DNA from: Eledone cirrhosa
Taxonomy: Eukaryota
Assembly: GCA_964016885.1 (NCBI GenBank)
Contig: OZ024740.1
Span: 331,266,001-331,330,000, forward strand
Length of the DNA stretch: 64,000 bases
Direction: 5' to 3'
Position numbers and translations under genes: made by a program. The notes under the pieces are model-generated. The model did not search any database. It worked only from the letters and a program-made list of their open reading frames with translations, and was not told where the DNA came from. Position 1 is the stretch's first letter; every line of letters begins with the position of its first letter. Below, piece by piece: positions 57,931-64,000 of this stretch.

Positions 57931-58059
57931 GTGCTATTGACCGGCTGAAGGAGTGATGCATCACTCCTAGGGTTATTATAAGATAAGGTCTGCTCAGGTG
58001 GTAAGGCATTAATGGATCTATCAAGACTAGTAGTACGCAAAGAGGAGTAGCTGTTCCTA

Positions 58060-59830
58060 ATTTTCCTATAGTTAGTGCTAGCTAAATAATGAGAACTAAT
58101 ATTAGGGGTGGTAGAGAATGATAGTTTAATTACATTTTTATTAAAAATACCATGGTATTTATTAGAAGGAGGGATTTTTTCTCTAAGATAGAAAAGAAAG
58201 ACCTAGGGATGTTAGTTAATACTTCATGATCATAAGGCGGGTTAAAATAAGTATTGAGTCTCCTCCTATTTCTATCCTTACCAACACTACCGTTATCCAG
58301 TATCCCACTAATAGGATCAGGGTTACTACGAGGACTAGTTGAAACAACATTATTAGAAGCAGCCAACACCCTATTGAGTCTCCTTCTGTTTCTACCTTTA
58401 GTATATCTACTGTTATCTGGAATCATATCAATAGGATTAGGGTTACTACCAGGATCAGTTGAAACAACACTATTAGAATTAGTAAAAACATTACCACTGG
58501 GTGAGCGATCAGCGTGCCTAACTTGTTCCCTAGAACTAATCCCGAAAAGTGTACTATTAGACTCACTATTACGATTACGGTGGCTTAACCTATGGATGGG
58601 TTCGGATACACCTATGAGATTTCTACGATTCTTATGCTTTCTACTCCCATTCATGCCCATATTATGGGATATTATGTTATTATTATTATGGGTAAACGGA
58701 GACTTTCTAAGGTTGTTCTCATTATAACGTATTTTACCAGAGTAACCAGAGTCAGCTAGGGCATTATTATAGTACTCCGCATGTGAATTAAATATTCCTA
58801 TATCCTCAGAGAGTGTGGAAATTCTATTAGATACACCGTTAATTATAGAGCTAATCATAGATTCGGGGTGGTTAGAATTGGGATTAACATAAGAGAGAAT
58901 CTCATTTGGCTTATGGAAGGGTTTATAACTATTAGTGACCAAGTCCAAAGTCACATCTAAAAAGTTGACCGCTCTATCATTTCTATCAATCGTGATCGAA
59001 AGGTTAACATTTTTAAAAAATGTATAAAGTTTCTTCCTATTATGCTCAATGTTATTGGTGCTAGAGTTTATCACAAACAATGCATCGTCACGATAAAGTC
59101 CGCCTTTAAGGTGCGGAAAGGTAACATACAGTTCATTTAGGAGGAACAGCCCAACAAGATCAGTTACCTGGGCTGAATCACTCGAACCCATTGTAACGTC
59201 GAAGTTGTTGGGTGTGTTTTTACGCGTCCAGAGTGTATCCTCAAATTTGATGATAGTCCTACGGGCTGCTAGTATAATATCAATCTGCGGTCCTGTAAAG
59301 CTAGACACTCGCATGGCCATAATTAAGGCTTTATTAAGGAGGATAGGTGAAATCGACGTGTAATAGGCATCAATATCAAACTGGATAAACCTACTAGACT
59401 CACATTTATTAATACCAGAGAACCAATCTATAACATCCTTAGTGTTCCCCCATAGATTAAAATGAACCTTTTCCCTAACGGCTGGTATAATCAGGTCAAG
59501 GATTTTCTTACTAATTATAGCTATATCAGACTTAGAAGGACTAATGAGTCTAACAGAAGGATTACTAATAAGTCTACCTTATGATCCTTAAGAGTGAATC
59601 TCGGTTCCCTAGGGTAAAATGGCTGGGTATACTTATCAAGGCCGAGGTCCGAAACTATCTTGAGACCCTCATTATTGATATGATCCAAATTATCTTGCGT
59701 TGTCTTTTTGTAATTCTTATGCAGCTCCTTATAAATAAAATTACGGTAAGCATTGTAATCCATAGAGTAAAGATTCTTAGTCTTGTCAGCGGCGACAAGA
59801 ACAGACTTATTCCCTTTAAAATCCTTAACG
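58060..59830 (-). pseudogene. Penelope-type reverse transcriptase, disrupted by frameshifts
   Basis: Motifs VAADKTKNLY, TLKDHK, FIQFDIDAYYTSI, FDVTMGSSDSAQVTDLVG, GLYRDD, VNFLDVTLDL, YVNPNSNHP, YFNPPY; frame breaks near 59580 and 58180. Confidence 0.93.
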
Positions 59831-59992
59831 ATATTCTATTCTTCCTTGCTATTTGGTCTATATCTATGTTTGTAACTGCTCACTCTTAATCTTAGCCAAC
59901 TTTTCCTTGATATCTTTCCTAAGCTTTAATAGATGTATACTCCATATTCTTCTGAGTTGTTGGCTTGTATTGGCCGATAGTGCTTCTTGTAG

Positions 59993-60046
59993 CTTTACTT
60001 GGCCTGATGAGTCCTTAATAGGACGAAACATTGTTGGCTAATAAAG
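59993..60046 (+). ncRNA. Type-I hammerhead ribozyme (inverted 5' pLTR copy)
   Basis: CTGATGA 60004-60010, GTCCT/AGGAC stem II, GAAAC 60025-60029, GTT; one stem I mismatch relative to the other copy. Confidence 0.82.
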
Positions 60047-60187
60047 ACTTTTGATGTATTGAAGGCTTCTTTGGTTTATTTCTTATAATTCTTCGGCTCT
60101 GTATAATTACATTGAGCTATATCTTATACTGTCATTTCTATAATATGAAGAGGGTGTTTAACTCCAACACGCTCTAGTATTTTAATT

Positions 60188-60667
<480 letters not shown>

Positions 60668-62789
60668 ACTACACTAATACTCCCGAGTATTAGTATATAT
60701 ATATATGTATAAATTCTCATTTCGCTAAACTAATTCCGCTGAAAAGAATGTGTGATTTCTTTCCCCAATACCAACATAATTAGCAGTAGTCTGCTTCATG
60801 AATTACTATTTGCGCTTTCCGGGAGATTTTGTTCATATGACGCAATAAAAACTGTTTCGTTTTAAAGCCTGAGTTATGCGCCTTTAAGAAAGTGTTGAGT
60901 GTTATTTATTTATGCAATTCTTCGTGAAGTAGTTTTATCAGGTTTTGACTATGTAGGTTCTTTTCTTATTATAATCCTTTGCATAATCCCTTTTTAATCT
61001 TACTTCCTATTTTTATGTTGCGTTTCTCCATAACTACGTTAAATCAATTCCTTTATATATTCGCTGTCTTACACGGCGATACGAACAACATTTTCTTTTC
61101 CTTTGTTCATGAATTCTAGCTGTGTGTAAGTATGTTCCTCTATTCCTTACTAGATATTTCCATAGACTTACATTATATATTTATTAATATCCTAGAATAT
61201 AGAAAAGTTCCCTTTGTTTACGTTTCGTATCTATTTGAATTAGGTTGCTTTTATTCTTTATTTCGTTTAATGTTTAAGATAACTTTAAGGTAGAATATAT
61301 CATAAACATAATTATTGCTGAAACAGAAGGTGCGTTGATGCATATTCCATTAGTTTGTCACATGCTTTGTATCTACTGTATCTAAAGTATTCTTTCTTAA
61401 CATTCGCCTTTTAATGGTACTGCATCTAATGTATATAATTGTCCTTGTTAACTTATTTCTGTTTAGATATCTAACACAATATTTGTGATTTCTTTTAACA
61501 TATGAGTAATAAGGAATCAAACTGTTTATAAATTGTAAATATTATCGGCTTCTCTGTGAAATATTCTCTACTTTTATTCAAATTTTCTCCGATGTTCACT
61601 GTGAGTTAGTACGTGCAGGAATCCACCCTATTTACAAGTATAGGTGGGATCTAAAATATGTGAATATACTCAAACATTCAATGATCCAGCAATGCAGGAG
61701 CAGCCCAGAAGGCATACGATAATCCACCCTAACAATAGCGAACTTGCTCGTCTTATTTTACAATTTCGTATTATTATTTTATTGTGTTATCATTCAATCT
61801 TACCATACTTATTTAGAAATATGTGGACGCTTCAGATTATATATATCCCAATAAACAAAGATATGGTTATGATGAGTAAGCATCTAATGATAAATTTCCG
61901 CAATCAATAATGAACTGGCGCTATGCAAACACAATTAAAAAATTATTAGGAATAACGTTTATTTAGACAATATAGATGTTGAATAATTAATAGGGACTGA
62001 ATAAATATAAAACAAATTACATCAACGAAGAAATTAATAGATTGCTTGTTGCTGCTTTAAATAAATTCATTGTAAAAGTAGGAGATGGGATGATAGATCG
62101 ACATCATAACATTGTAAAAAAAAAACATTTAGATGAAAGGTTGCTAAGATATAAACCATATAAATAATGAGGCGTATGAAAAATAATATGGGAGAAATTT
62201 ATTAAGGATATATTCAAAATTTAAATGTCATAAATAAATATCGCTGGTTTGATGATCAAAGTATAATTGTTAAACAATATGTAAATATATTTATGTACCA
62301 AGATTATATTTAAAAAGAGAACAGTGTAGCCCATTTACCAAATAAAGTATGTAATTTACAAAATTATTTATATTAATATACTGTTATATTATCGCCTTTC
62401 CTTCATTGTTTTAATGTGGATATTTAATGAAAAACGATAGTTAGTGATTCTGCGAGAATTAGAGATTTATTAGAAGAAACAAACGACGAAGTTTCAGGAG
62501 GGAATGAAATTTATTGATACATATTTTATATATGTTGATATCAATTTTGCGCGTGGGTGAGTGTATCTCTTTCAGGTTGTGTGTATAAATATTTGTTTTG
62601 TCCGAATTTTTATTTCTGAATATATTTCGAACAAGTCATGTATAAGTTTATTACGTAAGAGTATATGAAATACTTGAGTATAGAGGATGTTTATTTTTCT
62701 TTACATTGCAAAGCTATATGATTGCGACATATATAAGAAGTGACGTTGGTATCCACTATGTGCATTTCACATTTTCTATTATGCCATCA

Positions 62790-63235
62790 AAGGGGAAACA
62801 TGGATCTATCAAAATCGTTTATTCGTGGCTGTTTAATTCTGGCCTAAGCGTATCAGCATGGAGCAAACAGTTGAGTCACACACTATGACTGAATGCAGTG
62901 CATGTGTCTGGTGCACACGTCTCTGTTCCGGTGATAACAGCTTTGAAGGTCGATCCCACACAGAACTTCCATCCACTCTTGACCAGCAACTGAATGAGCT
63001 GATTGAACCACACTAGACATGAAGTCCATGTGATGGACTCTCCCGACGTATTTCGAAGTATGAGGATCAACATTCGTCTCAGTTCATTGGTAATGGTTAT
63101 GCCTTACCTGGGACATCACCAAGTGCTGATGTACACATCAATCCACATTTTGTGCTGATGACAAGATTTCAAGACGAGCAGGATAGAATGGCTGATAAAA
63201 TTTGGAGTTAGATGATTGCTCACGCATTGGGTCAG
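62790..63235 (-). mobile_element. Decayed hAT (Charlie-like) transposase fragment
   Basis: TSGESI...WKFCVG...AVITG...NCLLH, resembling the TTGExI...WxxCVGxxTDGAxxMxG...HCxxH core. Confidence 0.5.
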
Positions 63236-64000
63236 TCAATAGTTGTTATAGTTTTATATACCCTAATGGCAGACACCCTCCATTTCGACGGTCAGCAGCT
63301 AGGGCTTCAAAAGAAGTGCTACACTTATATATTTAAGATTGTACTTCAGTTTGTATTTATATCTGACTAATGTTGTGCCTACATTAGGTGAACCATTATG
63401 AAATTGGATGTATAACAGTACCTTTGGTGTGTGGTCCTCAGTCATCTGTAGGCATGACTATCCCATATAAGTTGGATTTGCTTCAGCAATACAACGAACG
63501 AAGATGCCTCATGAGTTAACAAATATAGATGTTTAACCTTTTTTCTTGAAGAGATAGATTATAGAATTTTCGTTAAAATCTTGAGGAAACATTTCCAGAA
63601 ATACCTGAAGAAACGTACGGACCAAATTTGACTACCACAATTGCACATTTCCGCTTAGATGCTTTCTTTACCACAAACTTTATTGGATGACAGCTAATTA
63701 TTCAATTGCTAGCGGTTTCAAGCTCATTTAGGATTGGAGTTTTAGCTAATTCGATTATCCCCTGCCTTTATGGAATAGATGATATTACAATTTCATCTAT
63801 GTTTGACTCACAATTTAGGATCTTTTCAAAATGTTCCTTCTATCGAGAGATCATCTAGCCTTTGTCTGTGTATAGGGTTGTAAAATCAGTGGATGTTTAA
63901 AATGTTGTCCTCGATGTAATTAAATATTATAAACCATTTTTCCGGCGATCTAAACGTATTTCTAAACCACCAATAGTTTTCCTCCAATCACACTCCATCT

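Noticed and set aside
58254-58727. 157-aa Leu-rich plus-strand ORF
   Set aside because: Antisense shadow of the Asn/Ser/Arg-rich Penelope linker.
59865-60031. Minus-strand MFRPIKDSSG... ORF as the Penelope start
   Set aside because: It is the antisense reading of the hammerhead (GAAACAT gives ATGTTTC) and is out of frame with the RT in both pLTR copies.

Overview
AT-rich, microsatellite-dense eukaryotic DNA. Its SINE family and repeat content point to a cephalopod (Octopus-like) genome; this is an inference. Almost all ORFs in the supplied track are artefacts of (TA)n/(CA)n/(GA)n repeats. The real content is a transposon graveyard: a near-complete Penelope-like retroelement (RT + GIY-YIG, about 55.6-60.2 kb) with inverted terminal repeats, two more Penelope GIY-YIG remnants, many small fold-back or tandem non-autonomous elements sitting in (TA)n tracts, non-autonomous Helitrons (including a head-to-tail pair carrying a nested solo LTR and a CRE-type LINE fragment), RTE, CR1/L2, L1/Tx1 and R4/Dong LINE fragments, MITEs, SINEs and a degenerate interstitial (TTAGGG)n tract. 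The main hidden signal is about 20 type-I hammerhead ribozyme motifs from about 11 unrelated sequence families, found by eye and not by covariance search. Many have palindromic stem III, several have the compensatory U3-A8 core (UUGAnAA), some have a very long stem II, and two sit in retrozyme-like tandem units of about 316 and 416 bp. Two candidate terminal coding exons of an unidentified host gene lie on the minus strand at 32.3-32.7 kb.
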